This document shows, one piece after another, positions 1-10,725 of a stretch of 64,000 nucleotides of DNA (its first letter is position 1; every line of letters starts with the position of its first letter). Location of the stretch: the sequence record SRR31156797_1306, one strand, 5' to 3'. Under the pieces are notes generated by a model that was not told where the DNA came from, made no database searches, and saw only the letters and a program-made list of their open reading frames with translations. A program made the translations under genes and the position numbers.

Positions 1-354
1 AAATTCTACGCTTCGGTTCGTTTGGATATCAGAAGAATTGGTCAAATTAAGGATGGCGATGAAGTAAAAGGTAACCACACCCGTGTGAAAGTTATCAAAA
101 ATAAAGTTGCTCCTCCATTCCGTAAAGCTGAATTCGACATCATGTACGGAGAAGGTATCTCAAAAACTGGTGAAATCATCGACTTGGGTGTTGAGTACAA
201 TATCATTAAAAAGTCAGGTTCATGGTTCTCTTATGGCGAAACCAAATTAGGACAAGGTCGCGAGGCTGTGAAAAACCTAATCAACGACAACCCTGAATTA
301 GCTGAAGAATTGGAAAACAAAATTATTGAAGCAATTAATGCTCCTGCTGAATAA
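1..354 (+). CDS. recA: Recombinase A, 3' part (5' end outside window)
   Basis: Frame 1 is open from base 1: [12 protein letters not shown]...[11 protein letters not shown]...IMYGEGIS...KSGSWFSY...GQGRE, the RecA C-terminal signature. Confidence 0.98.
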   Translation, partial: KFYASVRLDIRRIGQIKDGDEVKGNHTRVKVIKNKVAPPFRKAEFDIMYGEGISKTGEIIDLGVEYNIIKKSGSWFSYGETKLGQGREAVKNLINDNPELAEELENKIIEAINAPAE

Positions 355-378
355 TTTTTCAAATAAATATTTATTACG

Positions 379-410
379 AAGAGACTCTCGTTTTGCGTGG
401 GTCTTTTTTT
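379..410 (+). terminator. Intrinsic terminator after recA
   Basis: Imperfect hairpin AAGAGACTCTCG-ttttg-CGTGGGTCTTTT followed by a T run. Confidence 0.7.
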
Positions 411-529
411 ATGGTTTAACCATTCCGACAAATCTCATTTCGAAAACAGGAAAATCAATTATTAAATATTCGCGGTAATCCTTACATTTACAGAGCTGAA
501 AATAATTTATACAACAAACACATACAATC

Positions 530-2623
530 ATGAAAAACAAACACCTTTTGTTAGGATTGGCAATTGTTGCTGGCATGGCTTCTTGCCAAACACAAGCGAA
601 AGAATCAACTGATGATTCATCCTACAAAACACCGGAAACCAAATTAACTTCGGATATAATGACTCCGGAAGTTCTTTGGTCTTTCGGACGATTGGGTGGA
701 GAAAGTATCTCGCCTGACGAAAAAACGGTTCTTTACGGAGTAACCTATTTCAATAAGGAAGAAAACAAATCGTATCGCGATTTGTATACGATACCTGTTG
801 CAGGTGGCGATGCCATTCAAATTACCAATACCAAAGGTAAAGAATGGGGTGAGCGCTGGACAAAAGATGGCAAAATTGCTTTCCTTTCTGCAGAAAGCGG
901 ATCGGTTCAGGCATGGGAAATGAATGCCGATGGTACTGCTCGCAAACAATTAACTGATGTTGAAGGTGGAATTAACGACTTTAAATTCTCACCAGATGAA
1001 TCGAAGATTGTTTACTCAAAAGAAGTAAAGCTTAGAAAAGATGTACACGACAAACATCCTGATTTGAAAAAAACCAACGGTAGAGTTATTACCGACGAAT
1101 TTTATCGCCACTGGGATCATTGGGTAGAAACTTACACTCACCTTTTTGTTGCCGATTTTAATCGTGCAAGCATGTTGAAAGGTGGTAAGGATATCATGGA
1201 AGGTGAACAATGGGAAGCTCCTGTGCGCCCTTGGGGTGGAATAGAACAGGTAGGCTGGACTGTTGATGGAAAAACCATTGCTTACTCTTCTCGCAAAAAA
1301 TTTGGTGTTGAATATTCTCTTTCAACAAACACGGATATCTACTTCTACAATGTAGAGTCGGGCGAAACCAAAAACATGACCAAAGGCATGATGGGATATG
1401 ATCAAAACATCGCATTCTCGCCTGACGGAAAATACATGGCTTGGGAAAGCATGGAGCGTGATGGATACGAAGCCGATCAGATTCGTTTGTTCCTGATGGA
1501 TCTTGCAACTGGCGAGAAAAAATACATGACCAAAGGTTTCGATCAGAACGTGGGTCACCTTGCATGGACAAAAGACAGCAAGTCGATCTACTTTATTTCC
1601 AACTGGCATGCTACCGATGAGATTTACCGCATGGATATTGCCGATGGTAAAATCAATAAGATTACCGAAGGAGTTCATAACTACCAGACTGTTCATCCTG
1701 TTGGCGACAAATTGATTGCCAAGCGTGTATCGATGAGCAAGCCTGCTGAGATTTACAATGTTGATGCAAAAACTGGTGAGGCAAAAGAAATATCATTCGT
1801 TAACAAGCATATTCTTGATCAGTTAACGCTTTCTACCGTTGAAAAAAGATGGGTAAAAACTACCGATAACAAACAAATGTTGGTTTGGGTAATCAAGCCT
1901 CCTCATTTCGATGAGAACAAAAAATATCCTGCAATTCTTTACTGCCAAGGTGGTCCTCAGGGAACTGTTTCTCAGTTCTGGAGCTACCGATGGAATTTCC
2001 AGATGATGTCTGCTAACGACTATGTTGTAGTTGCTCCTAATCGTAGAGGTTTACCAGGTTTTGGTCAGGAATGGAACGAGCAAATTTCAGGTGATTACGG
2101 TGGACAGAACATGAAAGATTACCTATCGGCAATCGATAATGTAAAAGCTGAAAAGTATGTTGATGAAAATCGTTTGGGTTGTGTTGGTGCATCGTACGGT
2201 GGATTCTCAACATTCTGGATGGCAGGTCACCACAACAAGCGTTTCAAGGCATTTATTGCTCACGACGGAATGTTCAATCTTGAAGCTCAATATTTGGAAA
2301 CTGAAGAAATGTGGTTTGTAAATTGGGATCTTGGTGGTGCATACTGGGATAAAAAGAACAAGATTGCTCAGCGTTCATACGCTAATTCTCCTCACAAATT
2401 TGTTGACAAATGGGATACGCCAATCATGGTAATACATGGTGAGAAAGATTACCGTATTGTTGCTTCTCAAGGTATGCAAGCATTTAATGCAGCTCGCCTA
2501 AGAGGAATTCCTGCAAAATATCTTTACTTCCCTGAAGAAAATCACTGGGTATTGGGTTGCCAAAACGGAATTTTATGGCAGCGCGAATTTGCAAGTTGGC
2601 TAGACAAATGGTTGAAGGAATAA
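530..2623 (+). CDS. S9 family serine peptidase (DPP5-like lipoprotein)
   Basis: Lipobox-like MASC, PD40/TolB-like propeller repeats (FSPDG), GASYGG nucleophile elbow, HGEKDYR, FPEENH. Confidence 0.92.
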   Translation: MKNKHLLLGLAIVAGMASCQTQAKESTDDSSYKTPETKLTSDIMTPEVLWSFGRLGGESISPDEKTVLYGVTYFNKEENKSYRDLYTIPVAGGDAIQITNTKGKEWGERWTKDGKIAFLSAESGSVQAWEMNADGTARKQLTDVEGGINDFKFSPDESKIVYSKEVKLRKDVHDKHPDLKKTNGRVITDEFYRHWDHWVETYTHLFVADFNRASMLKGGKDIMEGEQWEAPVRPWGGIEQVGWTVDGKTIAYSSRKKFGVEYSLSTNTDIYFYNVESGETKNMTKGMMGYDQNIAFSPDGKYMAWESMERDGYEADQIRLFLMDLATGEKKYMTKGFDQNVGHLAWTKDSKSIYFISNWHATDEIYRMDIADGKINKITEGVHNYQTVHPVGDKLIAKRVSMSKPAEIYNVDAKTGEAKEISFVNKHILDQLTLSTVEKRWVKTTDNKQMLVWVIKPPHFDENKKYPAILYCQGGPQGTVSQFWSYRWNFQMMSANDYVVVAPNRRGLPGFGQEWNEQISGDYGGQNMKDYLSAIDNVKAEKYVDENRLGCVGASYGGFSTFWMAGHHNKRFKAFIAHDGMFNLEAQYLETEEMWFVNWDLGGAYWDKKNKIAQRSYANSPHKFVDKWDTPIMVIHGEKDYRIVASQGMQAFNAARLRGIPAKYLYFPEENHWVLGCQNGILWQREFASWLDKWLKE

Positions 2624-2649
2624 CTAAAAACCTAAAACAACATAAATTT

Positions 2650-2684
2650 AAAATCCCTGCCAATACTTTGGTGGGGATTTTTTT
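2650..2684 (+). terminator. Intrinsic terminator
   Basis: AAATCCCTGCCAA-tact-TTGGTGGGGATTT plus T run. Confidence 0.8.
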
Positions 2685-2754
2685 GTGATTACTTATCAGA
2701 AATCAGAATAGCTAATTTAATTTCCCTAAGTTTGCAAAAAATTTTTTGATCCCT

Positions 2755-3660
2755 ATGAAGAAATTCCTGCTATCAACCACCGTATTAGCCATATTTGCAT
2801 GCTTACTTTGGGCAACACCTTTTACAGCGATAAAAATTGGTTTACGATATTCTACACCGCTACAATTTGCAGGCATTCGTTTCTTCCTTTCAGGCTTAAT
2901 CATACTTCCCTTTATAAAGGATTTAAAATATAAAGTACTGGAATCAAAGAGCAGATGGAAGTTTATACTTTGGGTAGCCTTATTGCAAACTACTTTTTTA
3001 TATGGATTGTTTTATACAGGAATTAGTTATTTGCCTGGAGCTTTAGGAGCTATGTTAATTGGTGCCCAACCATTATTTGCTGCTATCATGGCTCATATCA
3101 TGTTAAAGAATGACAAAATGAGCTGGCAAAAAATTATGGCAATTCTTTTGGGGATGACTGGGGTTTGCATAATCAGTTTAGGAAGAGCGGATTTTGTACT
3201 AAGTACAACCATTCCACTAGGTGTTGGTATCCTGATTTTAAATAATATTGTAGGAAGTACGGGAAATGTAATCGTATCTCGCGATGCGAAGGATATGCCG
3301 CCTCGTGTATTGGCATCTTTTTCGATGATTATTGGTGGAGCTGCATTAATGCTGACTTCTATACCAATGGAAAATCCTTCATGGGACTTCAATTTGCCTT
3401 CAGAATATTGGTTTTCTTTAGCTTGGCTTGCCATGGTATCAGCATTTGCCATTACCATTTGGTTTGGACTGCTTCAAAGACCTGGCGTAAAAGTCTCCAA
3501 TCTAAATACCTGGAAGTTTATTATTCCAATATTTGGTGCTTTCTTAAGCTGGATGATACTTCCAGGAGAAAATCCAGATGCAATATCAATTATTGGAATG
3601 ATTGTAATTGCCTTCAGCTTATTGTTGGTGAATTACCTGAACAGAAGAACTGTCAAATAG
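2755..3660 (+). CDS. DMT/EamA family transporter
   Basis: About 10 hydrophobic segments in two EamA-like halves. ATG at 2755 preferred over TTG at 2746. Confidence 0.88.
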   Translation: MKKFLLSTTVLAIFACLLWATPFTAIKIGLRYSTPLQFAGIRFFLSGLIILPFIKDLKYKVLESKSRWKFILWVALLQTTFLYGLFYTGISYLPGALGAMLIGAQPLFAAIMAHIMLKNDKMSWQKIMAILLGMTGVCIISLGRADFVLSTTIPLGVGILILNNIVGSTGNVIVSRDAKDMPPRVLASFSMIIGGAALMLTSIPMENPSWDFNLPSEYWFSLAWLAMVSAFAITIWFGLLQRPGVKVSNLNTWKFIIPIFGAFLSWMILPGENPDAISIIGMIVIAFSLLLVNYLNRRTVK

Positions 3661-3698
3661 CAAAAAAGACGCAGCGATGCTGCGTCTCTACTGTATAT

Positions 3699-6600
3699 TT
3701 ATTTTCTTCGTTTCTCTCTTCTAACCAATTTAATACTCTCGAAGTAATTCATCATTCTTCTTAGCACATCTGCCCATAGTGTAAAGAACAAGAATATTGT
3801 ACCCAGCCAAACAACTGCCAAATTAAACCAATAGGTATCTATATAAACAGGTCCAACTCGTTTTACATGTGAATAAAAGTGAGAACGCCCAAATTTGGAA
3901 TCTGGCGACATAAAAATCGGATCTTTCTTTTGAATCAACTTATAGTCGATTTCTATCATTTTATTCACTTCGGTTCGATTCAAAACCAAATCGGCTAATG
4001 CCTGATTGTGATATTTCTGTTTGAATTCATAAACGCCATCACGTCCTAAGGAATCCACCAAACGAGAATACTCAAAATCTTTTTTATAACCCGATTCGCT
4101 ACTCATTCCCATATAATACAGCTCAACCTGATCCAAAAAACTTTTGGTTTGCTCTACCACATTCAAACTAAAATCATTCATATTCAGCTGCTCTAATTCT
4201 GGGAAAATATCCATCCCAGCATCCTCAGCCAATTTTGTAATTTCGTTTCTTAACATTTCAAAATGAGATCCCGTTTTTTCCACATCTTTCTCAAATTCAA
4301 CACTACGTTCACAATTCAACAATATGGATTCTATTTTAGGTATCAGAAATGAAGTCTTAAAAGATGCATCACTAATGCCTTTCTCATTTTCAAAAAAGTG
4401 TTTTTCGAATTCGTTATTCTTAAACTGCGCCACAGCTAATGCTTCATAAGTCCATCGAGTCGTCATAAAATCGCCTACAATAGGCACATACACCTTGTCG
4501 GTAACCCCATAATGCAAATCATCAAATTTTATCATAGCACCTCCCAACAACAATTGAGGAACCAGTATCAAAGGAATTAAAATATAAATGGTGATTACAG
4601 AATTCAATCCTGCCGATATATTTAAGCCAACCAAATTAGAAAAACATGCGGTTGTAAATAATACGAGCCAATAAGTTAAAGTCATGCCTTCAATTTCGAG
4701 AATAAAATTCCCTAAAATCACAAAAGTGATGGATTGTATGGCTGACAAAACAAACAAAAACATAATTTTAGATGAGAGGTAACTGATCCTGCACAAATTC
4801 AAAAACTTCTCTCGTTGTAGGAGCTTTTTATCACGTATGATTTCCTCGGCACTCACGGTTAACCCCAGAAACATGGATACCACAACAGCCATAAACAGGA
4901 AGACCGGAAAGTTTTTATTCTCACCAAACACATAAGCTCCATTGGTAGTATACTTGGTGAAGTAACCCAATATTATTGCCAAAAGTGGCGCCTCAAACAA
5001 GTTGATAATGAGATACTGCTTATTGGTCAATTTAGAAAGCACATTACGAATCCAGAAAATGGAGAATTGCTTAATTCTTCCCGGAATTTTAAAATCACTT
5101 TGCGGTAATTTTTTATCTGCTCTTAACGGTAAATGATTCGTCTCAATATTGTCTTGATATTTTTCATACCATTCCGATGGTAGCACTCGACGCTCTCTTG
5201 TTGGTTTCCCTTGATCATCAATTAATTTTGTTTCTACAATTTGTAATATCTGATCGGGATTTACATTTCCACAAGTCACACACTCACTCTCAGAAGCATT
5301 TACCTGGGAATTTTGTGTCTTAAAATAAACAATGGCATCGATTGGATTTCCATTGTAGATAGGATATCCACCTCTATCGAGAATCCAAAGCTTATCGAAC
5401 ATTTTAAAGATATCAGATGATGGCTGATGAATATTAGCAACCACCAATTTTCCTTTTAAAGTTTGCTGCTTTAAAAGATTCATTACCATTTCCGAATCCG
5501 TTGATGACAATCCCGAAGTGGGCTCATCAACCAAAAGGATTGCAGGTTCGCGCATTAATTCCAAACCTATATTCAATCTTTTTCGCTGACCTCCACTAAT
5601 GAATTTATTCAGAGGATTTCCAACTTTTAAATCTCGAGCTTCATACAAACCGAGATCCTGAAGCATTTTCAGAACCGTTTTTAAAATCTGAATTTCCGAA
5701 AAATCTTTAAAACAAAGCTTCGCATTGTAGTATAGATTCTGAAACACCGACAGCTCTTCTATCAATAAATCATCCTGAGGAACAAAACCAATTAAGCCCT
5801 GAACAGCAACCCGATTACGATGAATATCAAAATCATTAATTCTAATTTCACCATTATTAAGAGTCAAATTTCCATTCAGCACATTTAGCAAAGTAGATTT
5901 TCCAACTCCACTACCTCCCATAATTCCAATCAGCTGACCACTTTCCTCTGAAATATTGAATTTGTGAATTCCATTATTCGAATTGCGAAACTTGAACTCA
6001 ATATCCTTAGCCGTAAAAATGATTTTCTCTTGTGATTCTTCTTTTAAAAATTGCCCGGCAATATCTGAGTAATAAATTGAACGAATATTGGGCCCCTTAA
6101 TTATAGAACCATTACTCAGTTGATATGTTTTTTCTGAAATAATTTTATTCCCTTCGAGGTAAAGATTCAATTCTCCCTCGTATTTAAATACCAAAAGATT
6201 AACACTTTGGGCGTACATTACTATTATTCGACCATATAAGTTCTCGCAATATAAATGCTTGTAATCCGAATCTACTTTTTTAGGTTCTTTTTTCATAAAC
6301 CAGGAAAGATTATCCGACCACTCAGTAACCTTATTGTCTATTATCAGAAATTTACTTTTATCAAATTCATCCAATGTATCTCCCCAAACAAAAGCCAAAC
6401 AGTTGATAAATTCAGAACGTGGAATCTTAAAGTTTTCTGCAACAATACTAATAAATTCGAACTCGCTTTCACTTACAACTTTATCCTCATAAACAAACTC
6501 CAAAAGGCGCATAAGAACAATTAATCTCTCCTCCTGCACCAATTCAGCCTTAATTTTAGTACAAACTTTAGATGCCTCAGTCAGTGATAAAATATCGGTC

Positions 6601-6818
6601 TGTCGGGAATGCGCCATGGTTTGATATTCCATTTCACGTTTGTAAAATTCGGAGTAATTCTCAAACAGGTGCAAGTATTCATCCTGAATCTCAGCTTTCA
6701 CATATCGACTCAAGAAACTTTCTACAATTCTTTTTCCTTTTCCAGAAATACCTTCTTCCTTCGCATTCGCAACTATGGCAAAAAGGTGCATAAGAGCATT
6801 TAGTATCGATTCCCCCAT
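3699..6818 (-). CDS. Fused ABC exporter: TerB/DjlA-like N-terminus, ATPase and ABC-2 type membrane domain (ABCG/White-like order)
   Basis: Walker A GGSGVGKST, Q-loop VPQDD, signature ISGGQRKR, Walker B LLVDEPTSGL, IHQP switch, then about 6 TM helices. The N-terminal domain call is weaker. Confidence 0.88.
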   Translation of the reverse strand: MGESILNALMHLFAIVANAKEEGISGKGKRIVESFLSRYVKAEIQDEYLHLFENYSEFYKREMEYQTMAHSRQTDILSLTEASKVCTKIKAELVQEERLIVLMRLLEFVYEDKVVSESEFEFISIVAENFKIPRSEFINCLAFVWGDTLDEFDKSKFLIIDNKVTEWSDNLSWFMKKEPKKVDSDYKHLYCENLYGRIIVMYAQSVNLLVFKYEGELNLYLEGNKIISEKTYQLSNGSIIKGPNIRSIYYSDIAGQFLKEESQEKIIFTAKDIEFKFRNSNNGIHKFNISEESGQLIGIMGGSGVGKSTLLNVLNGNLTLNNGEIRINDFDIHRNRVAVQGLIGFVPQDDLLIEELSVFQNLYYNAKLCFKDFSEIQILKTVLKMLQDLGLYEARDLKVGNPLNKFISGGQRKRLNIGLELMREPAILLVDEPTSGLSSTDSEMVMNLLKQQTLKGKLVVANIHQPSSDIFKMFDKLWILDRGGYPIYNGNPIDAIVYFKTQNSQVNASESECVTCGNVNPDQILQIVETKLIDDQGKPTRERRVLPSEWYEKYQDNIETNHLPLRADKKLPQSDFKIPGRIKQFSIFWIRNVLSKLTNKQYLIINLFEAPLLAIILGYFTKYTTNGAYVFGENKNFPVFLFMAVVVSMFLGLTVSAEEIIRDKKLLQREKFLNLCRISYLSSKIMFLFVLSAIQSITFVILGNFILEIEGMTLTYWLVLFTTACFSNLVGLNISAGLNSVITIYILIPLILVPQLLLGGAMIKFDDLHYGVTDKVYVPIVGDFMTTRWTYEALAVAQFKNNEFEKHFFENEKGISDASFKTSFLIPKIESILLNCERSVEFEKDVEKTGSHFEMLRNEITKLAEDAGMDIFPELEQLNMNDFSLNVVEQTKSFLDQVELYYMGMSSESGYKKDFEYSRLVDSLGRDGVYEFKQKYHNQALADLVLNRTEVNKMIEIDYKLIQKKDPIFMSPDSKFGRSHFYSHVKRVGPVYIDTYWFNLAVVWLGTIFLFFTLWADVLRRMMNYFESIKLVRREKRRK

Positions 6819-6968
6819 TTACAATTAAGGATTTTATTGTTCTTTATTGAGACTGTTCTTAAAATTACAATTTATTTCCAAACAAACAGAAGCTTAACAA
6901 GCTTGTTGGCATAAAAAAACTGCCACTCAAAAAGAGAGGCAGTTCCAATATCTTAATAGTTATACAAA

Positions 6969-7793
6969 TTACTGTACAATGCCATTTCTTAATTTAGCAA
7001 CGCTAGCAATAATTTCGTTTAACTGATCTTCAGTCATTTTACCTTCTACAATCTTATCATAGCTCGCTTTCAATCCAGATAATTCTGTAATTAATGCAGC
7101 CACATTAGGATCTTTCTTTTCTGGTTCAAGAACTTGTAATAATTTTTCTAGAGATTCTTTCTGATCAAAAATTACTTTTACAATTTCAGGATTTGAATAT
7201 GTATTCTCAGAAATGTGAGTAGAAATATACAATCCTTCGATAAAACTACCACTTACAACCAAAAGGGAAAGATTAGCTTTTCCATTCTTATTTAAAAACT
7301 CATAAGTATCGTAGAAAGAGTTGGTAATGATTTTCACCAATTGATCTTTATCATCAAGATTCTGCTCTACATCTTCAACAAGAGTTTCATTATAAGAACC
7401 CGTAATTTCAAGATTATCAATTAAAGTTTTTGATGCTTTCAAAAACAACATAGTTTCTTGCTTACGATTGTATGTACTAGCATAACTTAAATCAGCACTA
7501 TACACACCTAAATTTAAAGCTCTGGCTTTTTCGGTGAAATATTTATCTGCATTTTCTGTAGAGTTCGATAATCCAAGGATATAATCAGCTCCAATTCTAT
7601 TCAACATCGATGTTAATTCGAAAGCAGTAGGAAGTGGGTAAACCACATCTTTAATTTCGCTTTCAATAGCTTTTTTAAGTAAAGGCTTAACTGTTTGCCC
7701 GTCCTTCTTTTTATCTACAGGCTTACATGCAACAAAGCCAATCGCAAGTGCGAAAAGAACAAGGGTATAACGAGAAATGGTACGTCTGTTCAT
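6969..7793 (-). CDS. Hypothetical helical lipoprotein
   Basis: Lipobox FVAC. The ALNLGVYSADLSY motif resembles uncharacterised Bacteroidota proteins. Confidence 0.75.
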   Translation of the reverse strand: MNRRTISRYTLVLFALAIGFVACKPVDKKKDGQTVKPLLKKAIESEIKDVVYPLPTAFELTSMLNRIGADYILGLSNSTENADKYFTEKARALNLGVYSADLSYASTYNRKQETMLFLKASKTLIDNLEITGSYNETLVEDVEQNLDDKDQLVKIITNSFYDTYEFLNKNGKANLSLLVVSGSFIEGLYISTHISENTYSNPEIVKVIFDQKESLEKLLQVLEPEKKDPNVAALITELSGLKASYDKIVEGKMTEDQLNEIIASVAKLRNGIVQ

Positions 7794-8038
7794 AGTTTTA
7801 AAATTTAATATTGATCGGATTCAAATTATTAAAGCCTAAATTTAACAAAAAGAGAGTAAAATCAAGCATGATTTTTACAATATCTTCTCCCTGCTCCTTC
7901 CTCACTCAGTCTATTCTGAACATAGATCAATTTATTATATTTAAAAACAAACTAAATCTTTAAGTATGAAAGTTCAGATTCATATTAATAATCAACAGCA
8001 TACTGTCTTATAAAATCCTTTCTCTAATTTATTTAAAC

Positions 8039-8076
8039 AAAAAAAAAAAGAACCGACGCTGAACTCGGTTCTTTTT
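8039..8076 (-). terminator. Intrinsic terminator after the LytTR regulator (bidirectional shape)
   Basis: A run-AGAACCGA-cgctgaac-TCGGTTCT-T run. Confidence 0.75.
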
Positions 8077-8099
8077 AAAAACAGACTTGATTATAAAAA

Positions 8100-8804
8100 C
8101 TACACAGGATGAATTCTCTGAAAGAATCCCTGTTTGTAATTATTTCCTATAGGTATGGTACCTTTCTCCATGTGCACCATATTTCCTTCTATCGATTTTA
8201 TTTTTGATAACGATACAATGTATGATTTATGAATTCTATAAAACTTTAAAGAGGGCAACAAGCGTTCAATTCCCTTTAAAGATTGATAGGTTACAACATG
8301 CCCTTCATTGGTGTAAATTTTCACATAATCGCCCAACGCTTCAACATATTGAATCGAATCCAGTTTAATATTGATCGTTTTTTTATTCGCTTTTACAAAA
8401 ATATACTCACGTTCGTCTTTTACAGTTTCTGTTGCTTCTGAAGGAGCTTTCATTTTTTCTTCAGCCTTTTGCACAGCTTGTAAAAATCGTTCAAATGAGA
8501 ATGGTTTTTTTAAATAATCCAATACATTTAGCTCATAACTCTCTAGCGCATATTCGGTATAGGCCGTAGTTATAATAACCATTGGTGGATTTTTATATGA
8601 TTTCAGGAAATTAATTCCGCTCAAACGAGGCATGTTAATATCCAAAAAAATCAAATCCATTGGCTCATCTTGAAGCACTTCCATGGCTTCAATAGCATCG
8701 CTACATTTACCCTTAAGTTCTAAATTCGACAATTCAGAGATATACTTTTCCAACACTCTTTGTGCCAGAGGCTCATCGTCAATAATCAAGCACTTCAACT
8801 TCAT
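8100..8804 (-). CDS. LytTR family response regulator
   Basis: REC domain (IIDDE, FLDINMP, TTAY, KP) and LytTR domain (YVEALGDYV, FYRIHKSYIV). Confidence 0.96.
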   Translation of the reverse strand: MKLKCLIIDDEPLAQRVLEKYISELSNLELKGKCSDAIEAMEVLQDEPMDLIFLDINMPRLSGINFLKSYKNPPMVIITTAYTEYALESYELNVLDYLKKPFSFERFLQAVQKAEEKMKAPSEATETVKDEREYIFVKANKKTINIKLDSIQYVEALGDYVKIYTNEGHVVTYQSLKGIERLLPSLKFYRIHKSYIVSLSKIKSIEGNMVHMEKGTIPIGNNYKQGFFQRIHPV

Positions 8805-8834
8805 ATATTTTTATTTTATCTTCTTAAGATAAAC

Positions 8835-9899
8835 TTAAGATAAATCAATTTTTAAAACAACCGTAAATAGATTTTCCTCTTTAGAAATATCCAAACTGTG
8901 TTTTTCCGGATACAATAACTCTAATCTTCGCTTTACATTTTTCAAGCCAATTCCTTTATTTTTTCCATCCTCTGCCTGCCAATTCTCATCATATCTATTC
9001 TGAATCGACAATTCCATACGATCTCTTTCTTCGAAATTAAAAAGAATATCTATAAAACCATTGTTATTTCTCCCATAAGCTCCATGTTTAAATGCATTTT
9101 CAATTAATGGCTCGAACAACAGGGGAGCAATCTTATTTTGAGTTGTATTGCCTTTTACATCAATTTTCACAGGAGTTGCTTCATCCAATCTTATCTTCTG
9201 AAGATCCAGATAATTCCTTACAAAATCCAATTCTTTTTCGAGCAATACATACTTATCGTTACATTCGTATAAAATATACCTCATCATATCAGATAATTTC
9301 AACACTAAATTGGGAGCCTTATCCGATTTATCTAGGGTAAGCGAGTACAAATTGTTTAATGTATTGAATAAAAAATGAGGGTTAATCTGAGATTTTAAAA
9401 CCTTCAGCTCCGCTTCCAATTTCTCCTTTTCAATCTTGTGAACCTTATCCAAAATTTTTTGAAGTACAAACCATTCTCTCATCATCGAAAAAAAGGTGGT
9501 AACACTAACATATATCAATGTGAAAATGGTAAAGTTTATCCAAACAACAAATGTCATTTCTTCAAAAATCTTTTCATTATGCACAAAACTATTGAACGGA
9601 TAAACCAGCAAGAAATCAATCACAAAAGCTGTTAATGAAACAAGACCAAGTACGGATAGAATATAGAGAAAGTACCTTTGCTTTTTAAATAAATATGGAA
9701 ACAGAATCAATAAATTTATGTAAACTGCAGAGGCAAAACACAAGTTAAAAACCAGTGTCATTAGAACTGGTTCTGGTTTTAACACATTCTTAAAATTACT
9801 TGCCACAAACATGGTAAATAAAAACAAGACTATAGCCACAACCCAAAACAGTATATGAGAAATGATCCTACTACTTGATATAGATTTTATGTTATTCAT
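8835..9899 (-). CDS. LytS/YehU-type sensor histidine kinase
   Basis: Four N-terminal TM helices, LKSQINPHFLFNTLN H-box, ENAFKHG, GIGLKNVKRRL. Confidence 0.95.
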   Translation of the reverse strand: MNNIKSISSSRIISHILFWVVAIVLFLFTMFVASNFKNVLKPEPVLMTLVFNLCFASAVYINLLILFPYLFKKQRYFLYILSVLGLVSLTAFVIDFLLVYPFNSFVHNEKIFEEMTFVVWINFTIFTLIYVSVTTFFSMMREWFVLQKILDKVHKIEKEKLEAELKVLKSQINPHFLFNTLNNLYSLTLDKSDKAPNLVLKLSDMMRYILYECNDKYVLLEKELDFVRNYLDLQKIRLDEATPVKIDVKGNTTQNKIAPLLFEPLIENAFKHGAYGRNNNGFIDILFNFEERDRMELSIQNRYDENWQAEDGKNKGIGLKNVKRRLELLYPEKHSLDISKEENLFTVVLKIDLS

Positions 9900-10089
9900 T
9901 AATTGGTGTTTTCTTTATTTCAAAATTTAAAGTAAAAAAGAAAAGGCTGGTCAGGAAACTTATTCGTTATCGATTGCAAATACCATGATAAAAAGGCATA
10001 ATTTTCCGATATAAATATTGAATACACAACTGCTTATTTTGATTTAATTTTACTCCGTTGTATTTTTACAAAAACAAAATCGCATTAAT

Positions 10090-10725
10090 ATGTTTACAAA
10101 AGACATCTTATTTTGGAATGTTGATACTCAGATAGATTTCATGAGTAAAGATGGTAAGCTTTATGCTCCAGGAGCTGAAGAGATACAAGCTACTCTTGCC
10201 AAAATAACAAGCCTGGCAGGCAAATTCAACATTCAGGTTGTAAATACTGCTGATCATCACTATAGTGATTCAAAAGAATTATCTATCAATCCAGATTTTG
10301 TGACAACATTTCCAGAACATTGCATGGCAGAGACAAAAGGAGCTGAATATGTTTCAGAAACCAATCCAAATGAAGTTTTTTCTGAAGTTTTTTGGAATAC
10401 ATTCTACAATACTTCAGAAATAAAAAACATCATCTCCAAACGCAACATCGTTATTCGCAAAGATGCTTTTAATGTTTTCGAAGGAAACCCTAATACTGAA
10501 AATATCCTACAGCAACTTTCTCAAAAAAAGATTTTTGTATATGGCGTTACCACCAATGTTTGCGTTGATCAAGCAGCTATAGGCTTGGCTATACGAAATT
10601 ATGAAGTTTACGTAATTGAAGATGCGATTAAAGAACTTCCAAACATTCCTTTGCCATTCGCCAATTGGGACAAATTAGGCATTAAGCGTATTCAATTTAA
10701 TGATTTAGAAAATCACTTACACTAA
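10090..10725 (+). CDS. Isochorismatase-family cysteine hydrolase, probable nicotinamidase
   Basis: VDTQIDF, ADHH...FPEHC metal ligands, K in IRKD, catalytic GVTTNVCV. Confidence 0.8.
   Translation: MFTKDILFWNVDTQIDFMSKDGKLYAPGAEEIQATLAKITSLAGKFNIQVVNTADHHYSDSKELSINPDFVTTFPEHCMAETKGAEYVSETNPNEVFSEVFWNTFYNTSEIKNIISKRNIVIRKDAFNVFEGNPNTENILQQLSQKKIFVYGVTTNVCVDQAAIGLAIRNYEVYVIEDAIKELPNIPLPFANWDKLGIKRIQFNDLENHLH

Noticed and set aside
644-1696. Several short overlapping ORFs here, and similar ones opposite long genes across the window
   Set aside because: They are shadow frames of well-supported CDSs and show no recognisable motifs.
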